A stretch of DNA of 63,970 bases, filler included, from Reticulomyxa filosa (taxonomy: Eukaryota; Protista; Foraminifera): NCBI GenBank assembly GCA_000512085.1. It is 20 parts of 20 records of this genome, joined end to end, with 100 filler letters (N's around TTAATTAATTAA, not from the genome) between each part and the next. Parts side by side here need not be neighbours in the genome. Positions count along the whole stretch, not along the records: positions 1 to 7,913 come from ASPP01021748.1; positions 8,014 to 12,041 come from ASPP01027576.1; 18 more parts are not named here. One strand, 5' to 3'. The position numbers and the translations under genes are program-made. The notes beneath the pieces are model-generated. The model made no database searches, was not told where the DNA came from, and saw only the letters and a list, made by a program, of their open reading frames with translations. This document shows, piece after piece, positions 1 through 10,699 of this stretch (the first letter of the stretch is position 1; every line of letters starts with the position of its first letter).

Positions 1-698
1 TTAAATCCAGAACATAAATATCTACCACTATTAAATGATGAAAATTCAATGCAATGAACAATTTTTCGATCGTAGTCATGTAATATTTTTGATTGTTGAT
101 TATCTTTAATATCCCAAAAGCGAATGGTTCCATCAAAAGATGCAGAACATATAACATTACGATTTTTGGTATGATAATGATAATGTGAAAATTTTACACC
201 AAATACAGGACTTGAATGTCCATCGAATAATTGAATTTGTGTATTTGTCTCTATATCCCATACACGAACTGTTTTATCACCTGAACCAGAACAAAGGAGT
301 TGACGGTCATCGAATATCGAATAATCAATACTGTGTACACTAAAAGTATGTCCAATAAATTTTTTAAGTAGTTTAGATGAACGAAAGGTTTCAAGTAAGA
401 AGACATTAGCTGCCTATATTAAATCATAATTATTTAAATATTTATTATTAAATAAAAAAAACAAATTAACAGATAAATATTTAACATATTTAATAATAAT
501 TATGTCAAAATCTTTGATCCATCCTAATTTAATTTTTAATTTCGAGTCCAATATTCAATAATCAATTGATTCTCTTCTTCTTCGGACTGATTCAATCACA
601 AGTAAATACAATGAGAAAACTAGTTTTTCTAAAGAATTGAACTGAAAGCTTACCAATTCTCGTTTCGGTGAAGTTTTTTCCTTTTTAAAAGTAATCAT
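1..698 (-). CDS. WD40-repeat protein, 3' end outside window; one apparent frameshift (possible pseudogene)
   Basis: Exon 1 698-654 (MITFKKEKTSPKREL|gtaag); exon 2 reads IEYWTR..KIKLGWIKDFDIIIIKY with one base missing near 540; exon 3 has GH...[13 protein letters not shown] and CSASFDGTIRFWD repeats. Confidence 0.8.
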
Positions 699-1021
699 TC
701 TTTTTAACCACCTGAAATTTTCTTTGAAAACTCTATGATTCTGACTAAAGGGGCCAGTAGTTTTTTTAACAATTTAATTATCAATGTTTGTTAGTCAGGA
801 AAGGAATAATATTGAACAAATAAATATTACTAAAATTATTCTTATTTAAATTTATTAATAGAAATAAAAAATGATTAAATTAAAATTTAAATTATAATTT
901 ATTTGAAATGATTATCAATAACCTATAGATATTGTTTAATTTTGATAACATATTCATTCGTTGATCCTAAGAAAGAGAAAAGTTCAGTCAGTTTTTTTCA
1001 TCTTACGTCGGCAAAGAAAGA

Positions 1022-2310
1022 ATTACTACTGGCAAGGAAAAGAAATCTTCATCACAACTACCATTGATAAGTTTCATTCAATCTTTCAAAAAAAAGTTGT
1101 CTTAGATTTTAAATATATTTATTGCAACATTTAATTAAATCAGTCAAAAGAAAGGATAAAAAATTCAATTAATTATTCAACATTGGACTCGAATATTAAA
1201 CATTAAATTAGGATGGATTAAAAATTTTGATAAACTTGTTATCAATTATGTTAACTTTTTTTTCATTCAATAATGAAAAATATGTATTTGTTGAATATTA
1301 TTCATAATTACAATTTAAAATAGATAAATACCTTTTTTATGTTTGATTTATTTCATTCAAAATCTAAATTACTCAATACTTTAATTGGACATACAAAAGA
1401 TTTGAATAGTATTTATTATATAATATTTGGTGATGATCAATTTATTTTCTCTAAATCAAATGATAAAACAGTTTGTGTATGGGATATAGACACCAACAAA
1501 CAAATTCAATCATCCAATGAAAATATAAGTATTGTACATTGTGTAAAATTTTCACAATATTATTATATAATTATTATTTTAATGTAATTTGTTCTTCATC
1601 CCAAGACAATACCATTCGTTTTTGGATATCAAAAATAATTAATAATTGCAAATATTTAATGGACATACTAGTGAAGTTTGTGGAATTTAATTTTCATCAT
1701 TTAATGTTGGTATGTATTTGTGTTTTGGATCTCGTGATAAAGTAATTTGTTTATGGAATGTTGAAACATCTAAATCATTACATATTTTTAATGGACATAC
1801 AAAAACTATTTGATGTTTAGATATTTCACCAGTAACAATGATAATAAAAGTAATAGTATTGGGTGTGTGATATACTATTTGTTCATTGGATGATACTATT
1901 TGTATATGGAATATCGAAACAGATAAAGGACATGAAGATACAGCGTGAGTGTAAAATATTGATCAAATGAATTCGAAATTAATGGTGATGCAAATACAAT
2001 ATTATTTGTATCAGATGGATAAAAGTATTCGTTTATGGGATATTTGATCTGGTCAACAAATTCAAATATTTAATGGACATACAGATAGCGTGAATGTTGT
2101 TGAATATTCACCTTTTGTAATAAATAATAATGAAATTAATGGTAGTATTTCATATATAATATGTTCTGGATCATATGATAATACAATTGTTTTTGGGATA
2201 TTCGGTCAAATAAAAATGAATTATATGTGATGAAGATAATGAGAAATAAACAATGAACAAAAAATAAATGATGTTAATCTATGTTATGGTATTATTAATA
2301 TTTGGTGATA
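1022..2310 (+). pseudogene. WD40-repeat pseudogene, head-to-head paralogue of the gene at 1-698
   Basis: Matching 15-codon first exon but ATG->ATT and donor gtaagt->ataagt; IIQHWTRILNIKLGWIKNFDK motif; WD repeats ([23 protein letters not shown]) broken by many stops and frameshifts. Confidence 0.85.
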
Positions 2311-2541
2311 AAAAATCAAATTTTATCTTATTCTTTTCTTTATTGCAATACATTATTTAAGTTTGATTGAATTACTTTTCAAAGATAAAAAAAAGTTGGA
2401 AAAAAAAAAAGAAATACAACACAAACTGATAAATTGTAATTTTATATAATTAAACAAAAAACAATCATATTTTTTTAAAACTCAAACAATTAAAAACATA
2501 ATCGTTTTTTGTTTTTTTTTTTTTTGCTGAAAAAAATAATA

Positions 2542-3068
2542 TTATCCCCAAATGCGAATGGGACCTCTGAAAGAACCATAACATAAGCTAATATCACTTC
2601 CTTTATTTTCTTTTTCTTTATTTATTAATGGAAAAAATTGCATATCAATTATTCCATCATCTTCTTTTCCATTTCCTTTAATTAAATGTAATTGTTTATT
2701 TAAACGAATATCCCAAAAACGAATTGTATTATCATAAGATCCAGAACATATTACATTTGAATTACCAATTTCAGTATTGTTTACAAATGGTGAATAGTCA
2801 ATAGAATTTACATAACCTGTATGTCCATTAAACATATGAATTTGTTGTTTTGATCGAATATCCCATAAACGAATACTTTTATCATCTGATCCAGAACATA
2901 TTATATTTTGTTCATATGGTGAATATTTTACACTTCTAACAACTTTTTCATGTCCTTTAAAAATAATTATCTCTTTAGTAGTTTCAATATCCCATATACG
3001 GATAGTTTTATCAAATGATCCAGAACATATAGTATATCCATTACCACCAATCACACCAATACTATTAC

Positions 3069-3101
<33 letters not shown>

Positions 3102-4539
3102 TTTGTAATGGTGAAAATTCTACACACCATATCCAAAATGTATGTCCATTAAAAATATGTAATGATTTAAATGTTTCAACATCCCATAAATGAATAGTAT
3201 TATCTGCAGAACCAGAACATAAATATCGATTACCATTAAAAGGTGAAAATTGAATACCATAAATACCTTCAGTATGTTCATTTAATACTTGTAATTGTTT
3301 ATCATTTTTAAAATCCCAAAAACGAATAGTTTTATCATCTGATGAAGAACAAATAATCATACTACAATTATTTTGATAATGATATTGTGAAAATTTTACA
3401 CAATTTACATAATTTGTATGTCCATTAAATATTTGCATTTGTTTAGTTGTTTCTATATCCCATACACGAACTGTTTTATCATCAGAACCAGAACAAAGAA
3501 TTTGCTTACCATCAAATATTGAATAATCAATACTATATACACATTTATTATGTCCATTACAAGTTTTAAGTAATTTGGATGATAAACAAAATAATTCGAA
3601 ATAATTATCATTATCTTTTTGTTCTTCTTTATTAGAAATTTCTTGATTATTTTCAATAGAAGAATTTTCTTTCTTTTCTAGTAATAATTTAATTAATTCT
3701 TTATAACGTTTTCTTTTTTCTTTGAAATCTTTTTTCATTGTTTCAATTTCAGTATGAAGTTTAAATAATTCTTGTTGAGATTCATTTTGAGAATTTTGTA
3801 TTTCATTATCTTTTTGTTTTATTTGTATTTCTTCATTTATTTTGTTTAAATCTTTTTTTTCATTTGATTGTAATTGAGATTTTAATTGTTTAATTTCCTC
3901 CTAATTTATTTTTTATTTATAATTACTTATGTATTTTTTTTAAAATATATATGTATATATATACTTAACTTGTTGAAGTTGAACAAATTTTACAATTAAA
4001 TCAAAATGAAATTTTATTTCCGATATTAAATGCTCTTGTAATTTATTTTTAGAACAACTATGTTTACATCCAAATGGTTGATACCAACAATTTAATAATT
4101 TCAAAGGACATTCATTATCCAAATGATTACTTAATTCATTCATCTTTCCTTTAAAATTACATAATATTTTTTCATTTTCTTCTTTCTTTTGTTCAAATTG
4201 TAATGGACATGTTATTTTTAAGGCATCAATCTGTTGTTGTATTTTTTTACTTTGAGAATACACACAACCAATATGATATCGAACAGGACAGGTATTTTGA
4301 TTATTACTTAAAAATTGTTTTAAGCAATTCTCTCCAACAATAAGCGGTTCATACAAATTTTGATGTTGCGTACAATTAAGTTCAATAGGATTATTGGCAA
4401 CTTGTTTGCAAATTAAACAAATAAAATTATCAATTCGTTTTGGTCGATTTGATTGTAGAATCCAGTTTTTACTAAAACATGAGCGATCAAGAGAGAAGGA
4501 AGATTCTTTTGTTGTTTTTTCATCTTCTGGTCTGTTCAT
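2542..4539 (-). CDS. RING-like + TRAF-type zinc finger + coiled coil + WD40 protein (TRAF7-like architecture), about 642 aa, 2 exons
   Basis: Exon 4539-3970 (CLIC..C.QH..C..CP; CNFKG..L..HL..EC..C..FGC); GT-AG intron 3969-3901; exon 3900-2542 is in frame with the 398-aa WD40 ORF (GH...WD repeats). Confidence 0.88.
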
Positions 4540-4908
4540 CTTTTTTCCTTAAAGTTTTTTTTCACTTATTGATTTCAATGAAGGAATTAATTTCGCACAA
4601 AGTTTTTTTTTTTTTTTTTTAAGAAGGAGAAAAAGAGGGGGAGGGGGAAGCAAAAGAGCAGAATGTTTGCAATTAAAACAATGAATATTCAATATGTTTT
4701 TGATAATCCATTTATAATTTGTTCATTTAACTTTTTTTTAAAGAGATAAGAGATGAAAATGGCGTTGTAAGATTTAAAATAAATTTTGATAATATTATCC
4801 ATCTTCTACGTATCAATAAAATTTTTTATTTGAAATCAAATCAAAATAAAGATTATTGATGTAAAAAAAAAAAAAAACAAAAAACAACTAATCGAAAAAG
4901 AACAAATT

Positions 4909-7464
4909 TTAAACAGATTTCTTAGCTTGAAAAAAGATATCGTAAGTAGTGGTATCTTCAATCTGTACACAATACCATTCACCACCACTAGAATCTTGAA
5001 TATCTCGTCGAACAATCTTCATCATTTGATGCAACGAACAACCATTCTTATACATTGATACTACTGTCTTTGTCATACATTTACTAAATAATGAAAAATT
5101 AGCAACTTTATATCCTTTTGTTGTTGACCAAATTGTCAAAAATCCATCATCAGTATGACCATAACGTTCTATAGTTTTATCATTTCCTTTCCATTCTATT
5201 ACATGTGATTTTGGAATACTTTGACCACGACAAGCATCAATAATAAATATTTTTGGACAATCTTTTAAAGATTCCATTCGATTACAATCGAATGATCTTC
5301 GTAATTCATCAATTGGTATATTTTTTCCATCACTTGTTACCAATACATCTCCATCATCTCCATGTCCTGATATTATCATAATCATTGCATCATATTGCTT
5401 TTTGTTTTTATGAAGTGTGTGATTAGTAATTAAATGATTTAAAAATTCTTGTACATCTTCTTTATCCATCTTTGATTCTTTATTACATACAAATTCATAT
5501 TTCAATTCTTGTTCAAATAATTGCTGAAAATTTATCACATCAATATCTCTCACATTTTTAAGATTTTTCCATTTATCATTATCATTATATTCACTGATGG
5601 CAATCATTATTACTATTGCATTTTTTATTGTTTTTGTTCTTACAAGTGATTGTTGTTGAAATGATGACCAACTTAATTTAAATGTAGGCTTCTTATTTTC
5701 AAATTCTCTCTTCACACTTTCATCTGATTCAATCACATTATCTTTCATACCAACCAATTCCAATTTTACATTTCCATTGCTTATTTTTTTAAAATCTTTT
5801 GATTCTAAACAATTATAACTTTGACGAAGGAGTTCCACAAAGGTCAATTCTTTCATTTTTATCATATGTTGTCTTTTTTCAATTGTTACATACGCGTCAA
5901 ACTATTGACATTTTCATTGTTTTAATTGAATGAATTCGTACAATTCAGTATGGATTTGCACGTAAAATTACACATAATTAACTGCTTCTTCTTTTTTGTT
6001 TTCTTCATTGTTCTAATGTTCAATGTACACCATCAAAATATGCTATTGCATGTGGAAAAACAAACTAATACATAAAAAATGAAGAAACACAGACAAAACA
6101 TTGCCACTGGAATGATAATGAATATATGATGTAATTGAAGCACAGATTGCAGCCACATTATCCTTTTTTAAATCCTTTTTCCATTTGCTTTGTGTCAACA
6201 GCCATTTTTCAAAATCATTTTTTGATAATTGTTCAAATTTTGCAATAACTTCTACTTTTTCTTTTTCATTTATTTCTTTCAGCCATTTCATCCATTTTAT
6301 GTTCTCTTCTTTTCTTTTTTTTTTTTTTTTTTCATTTTGCAAAATAATTATCTATTCATTTGATAAAACAAAATAAATTTAAAAAAAAAACAAACAGACA
6401 TTGATCTTTTGGTTCACTTCGTTTTGTTGTCGTTCGTTCTGTTGTTTATTTACTGTTTTCTCTGTTTCGTCTTCCTTCTTCTCTTCTTTTAACCATTCAA
6501 TCACTCTTGTTTTTGTGTGTGTTGGTGGCGTAGTGGCTTCATCATTCATTCCTCCGATAATGTGCACATACGTGTTGTCTTCGCTCAATATTGCAACACA
6601 GCCACGCAATGGAAAAGGTAAAGTCTCTTGAAATGCCATCCATTTGTTTTCTTGAATTGAGTACTTGTACACAGATTTCGAAGTACTTTTTTTAAGAAAT
6701 ACTCCCCCAAAAAATAAGATATTATCATCGATACGTACATAGGCATAGCTAAGGAGCGATGCAATATCAGCACAAATAGCCAATGTGCGAAATTCAAATG
6801 TATTATTATTTTCATCATATTCAATAGACATTCCTGTATTTTTACAAAATAATAACATTTTAGTCTTCTTTTTTGTGCTTTTGCTTCCATTTTCTGGTTT
6901 CAATACAAAGCAATGATGTTGTATACGATCATTGGTTGATAAAGAATCATGCTTAATAATTTGAAGTGTGTTCAAATTAAACACGTCAATATTATTTGGA
7001 GGATATGTTATAAATAACAGATTATTACTACTTCCACCAACTATCGCACGCATTCCCCAATAAATATCTTCATCTTTTTCAATGGAAACTGTTTTATTGT
7101 GGCTGTCGGTGAATGGAACCCATTGATTGTAATTTTTTGATTTTATTTCTTTATCATTACCCCAAACACTTACATAATTCATCACCACCGCCTGCTTAAA
7201 TAATCCATTGAAAGACAATAAGGTGATTTCATTTGGATTGTTATTTACAAGCTTGACAATACAGTGATTAGTCAACGAGATCTCCTTTGGATAAGAACAC
7301 ACAAGCTTGTATTCGTTTTTTCGTATATCATATGAATAACATTCTCGACTAGTCGCGTCACCACAAATAATGATTTCATTTTTGTATAACACACATTGAG
7401 GTCGAATAAATAGAGTGGGCAAATTTAGCAAATTTTGAAAGGTGCTCTCAGCTTTCTTACTCAT
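4909..7464 (-). CDS. Kelch-like beta-propeller fused to a C-terminal caspase-family (peptidase C14) domain, about 779 aa, 4 exons
   Basis: Predicted exons 7464-6400, 6351-6100, 6012-5983, 5901-4909, all GT-AG and phase 0; Kelch motifs (ILFFGG..VYKYS..NKW..LP, IHIIGG); catalytic ISGHG and IDACRG; p10-like FLTIWSTTKGY. Confidence 0.8.
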
Positions 7465-7913
7465 ATTGGAAACAAACACCAGTTTTTTTTGGATTGAATC
7501 GTACTAAAACGCTACCTTTTCAGAAAACTAGGTAAAATTCGAAGAAATTTTCTTGCTTTTTATTGAAAAAAAAAACATTAGAATTTCTATTATGTTGGGT
7601 CATTCTTTTTCATTTAAATTTAAATCGAATCCCAAATTAGCTTAAAAAAGTAGAACCAAAGCAAAAATAAACGACAACGAATAAAGAATGGAGTACCAAA
7701 ATGTGTGTACAAAAATTTCAAAGTCTTTCAATTTTCTATTTTCGTGTACGCTTTTTCGCGTTATTTTCACATTCGCAATTCTTTTACCTTTGTTTTTATT
7801 GTGTATTTTATTTGTTTCCTTGTCTTTGAAGCATTAAAATTTTCTTTCAATGCACTCTAAAAAAATTCAGAAGGTAGCCAAATAGATTTTGTTGACATTG
7901 ATTTTTCTTTGAG

Positions 7914-8013
7914 NNNNNNNNNNNNNNNNNNNNNNNNNNNNNNNNNNNNNNNNNNNNTTAATTAATTAANNNNNNNNNNNNNNNNNNNNNNNNNNNNNNN
8001 NNNNNNNNNNNNN
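7914..8013. other. Artificial contig linker N44-TTAATTAATTAA-N44 (first of 19)
   Basis: Identical 100-bp spacer with stops in all six frames also starts at 12042, 17563, 19212, 20532, 25290, 26397, 28233, 30669, 37813, 45862, 46986, 48175, 49683, 52346, 58174, 59481, 60810, 62702. Confidence 0.99.
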
Positions 8014-8582
8014 CAATTGTGGCTATAAATTTTCATCTAATTCAACAATGTAAATCAGCAATTTATATTTTTGTGCATTCTCTTCTTATGGCTGACATTT
8101 TTATTTATGTCAGTAAATTATGCAAAGTGTTTTTATTTGTCGGTGTCGGCATTTTTGTGCAAAGGCTTTTGAATATTGCACACCAGAGAAAAGATCCAAT
8201 GTGTGAGTAGCTCACCCGTCATTTTGATGTGGTAACAGGGTTTACACGTTGTTTGATAATTCAACTGACACAAAAAGGGTCAATGACGTTGTCTTTAAAT
8301 TATATGAATTGTTCTTTTCATTGTTCTATTTTGATTCGTTATTTGAAATTTTGATATTTGTAAAATGTGTAAGCGAATCTATGTAAGTATGCTTAGTGAT
8401 GTTAGAATCTAAAAAAAGAAATTTATTTCTATTTGACAATTGATGTGCATCCGTTGTTTAAATTAATAATTATTATACTTTTTAATACTTATAATGTTAT
8501 GATTTGTATTTCTTTATCCATAATACCACTCATTCAATTAAAAGATAATTCAGTTATTTCAAGTTGAACTGTTTAATATCCA

Positions 8583-8647
8583 AGGCATGTGCTTTTTATT
8601 ATTGTTTAGAGGGGACCAGAATGTAAAAAAAAATTCTTTCCATTAAC
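8583..8647 (+). repeat. Dispersed ~65-bp non-coding repeat, copy 1
   Basis: Core TTAGAGGGGACCAGAATGTA and flanks align with 59892-59958. Confidence 0.55.
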
Positions 8648-10249
8648 TTGTGTACAACTAGATAAAAGTGTATTATTTTCATCCTTCCAAAAGCAAAGTG
8701 TAAATGTTGTAATGACGATTAAAAAATAAGAATTTCGCAACATTGACAACAAGTCAGCAATTTATTTTTTTGGCAAATCAAAAATTTGTTGGTTTTTTGG
8801 TTGGAAATAAGATATTTAGTTCAAACTAAATTATTTTGATTCAGTAGCAACTTTTTGTGAGTGCTACTAATTGCGTCTAGTTTTATTATTAAAAAAAGCA
8901 AAAACAAAATAATCAAAAAATTTGAAAAAACAATTTCTCTCTTGACAAATCAAAGAGGAAAAAATTCCCAATTATGCTTGCAGTTTTGCCACCTTTTTAA
9001 TCGCTTCGCGAATTCGCAAATCTAAAAAAAACACATCATTTTTTTTATTTTGATTTAGGGCATTTGGTAGGATGATAGATAAAAAAAACATTTTCTTTCG
9101 GTATTGACCTTGACCTTATCTTCGGAACATTTGTTCACTGAGTGTTCAACAAGTTGTTAACGCCCAGCTTTAAACCGTTCCAAACATGTTTTCTTCTACA
9201 CAAAAAAGAAATGTACTAACTTTGTAGTATTATCAACGTTTAACAAATTTTTCTCCTTTTATTTATGAAGCAAATGAAACGAGAACTTTTTTATCGTGGA
9301 TCCTCGCAAAAAATTCAGCTCATTTTGATACATACTTTTAAATATCAAATAACATCATTATTATTTAACTCGTTAATTTTTGGAACTGACCACCTTTTAC
9401 GCTGTTTTTAAAAAGTTTGTATAAAGAATCATTTTTTAAAAGATAAAGTTTCTTAAAACAACTTTTTAAAAAACAATGGAACATATTGATATACTAGCGT
9501 TGGACATTTGATCTGCTGATTAATTATTTAGAACTTTCAATTCCCTTTTTTTTGCAACCAGATTATGAAGTTATTGAAAATAAAATGTTAACATAACAAT
9601 GTTATTTTATTTCATTAAATTTACCATTGTTTCTTTTTATAAATATTTTGTTAAAGAATATTTGCATTTTATAACTACAAAAAAAATAAAAATATTGATC
9701 TTCACATAATTGTAATATCAAAAATTTCTTTGAAGATAAAGTCACAAACCAATAGCGCTCATTTCATTTATTGTCTCTTATCGATTTAACAAAAAAAAAA
9801 GTATCAACTGTGATAACATTTTTTTTTCTTTCAATTAGCTTATATACAAGGAATATTAACGAATAATTACAAAATAAAAATATAATTAATTAACACATTG
9901 TAGTGTAAAACATACAAAGAATTAAATATTTTTGACTGATTTGTTGGTCAATAACATTTTTTTTACATAAATTGATCAATATTTTGATTATGTAATTGTT
10001 GCAAAGTTAGTTCATATATTTTCCCCATTTGCTTACATGTATAATACTGCATAACTTCTCATTATTTCGTACACATCTATTTGTACAACATATTTAAATG
10101 TAATATTTACATACAAATTGTCGACAAAAACTCATTTATAATACATTAAATGCACGTTTGCACAACACGATTTCATATAAATGTAAGAATGTGATAATAC
10201 ATATATAAATATGTATGCTAAAAAAAACAAACACCTTTTCTATTATTAA

Positions 10250-10699
10250 TCAATTCAACTCGACACCGACGACATAACTACGAGTTGTTGAATAGTATGG
10301 ACCATCATTGTGATTTCTTTTACAATCTTGCACTTGCCAGACCATCGATGGTTGATTCATGTCATTGTTGTCCACAGGTGTGCTGTCAAAGTCAGCGAGT
10401 TGACGATTGTAAGTGGTGGAATAACCTTTTGCGATTTGGTCCAATGCAGCTTTATTTACAAATTCACTTGAAAAGATATGTGAAGGGGCCGGTTCGTGAT
10501 GCTTTTTTGTCACAATGTTGTTTTCATTTTGTTCGTCCAGCTGCGCAAAATTCTCAGAGTCTGTTATTGTTGTTATCGACTCTTCTTTTAGTTTCAAGAT
10601 ACGTCGCTGTAGCGTTTCCGCCATTGATCGCAATTGTGGTGACATATCTTTCTTTTGACGATCCCTTTTTTCGTTAAATTTACTTTGGTGGATCTTGAC
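10250..10699 (-). CDS. Hypothetical eukaryotic protein, last exon
   Basis: 131-aa ORF extends upstream to a ttttaag acceptor near 10700; higher GC than flanks; no recognisable motif. Confidence 0.45.
   Translation of the reverse strand, partial: VKIHQSKFNEKRDRQKKDMSPQLRSMAETLQRRILKLKEESITTITDSENFAQLDEQNENNIVTKKHHEPAPSHIFSSEFVNKAALDQIAKGYSTTYNRQLADFDSTPVDNNDMNQPSMVWQVQDCKRNHNDGPYYSTTRSYVVGVELN

Noticed and set aside
7958-7969. Regularly recurring TTAATTAATTAA as a CRISPR or biological repeat
   Set aside because: Always centred in N44 runs; it is an artificial six-frame stop linker
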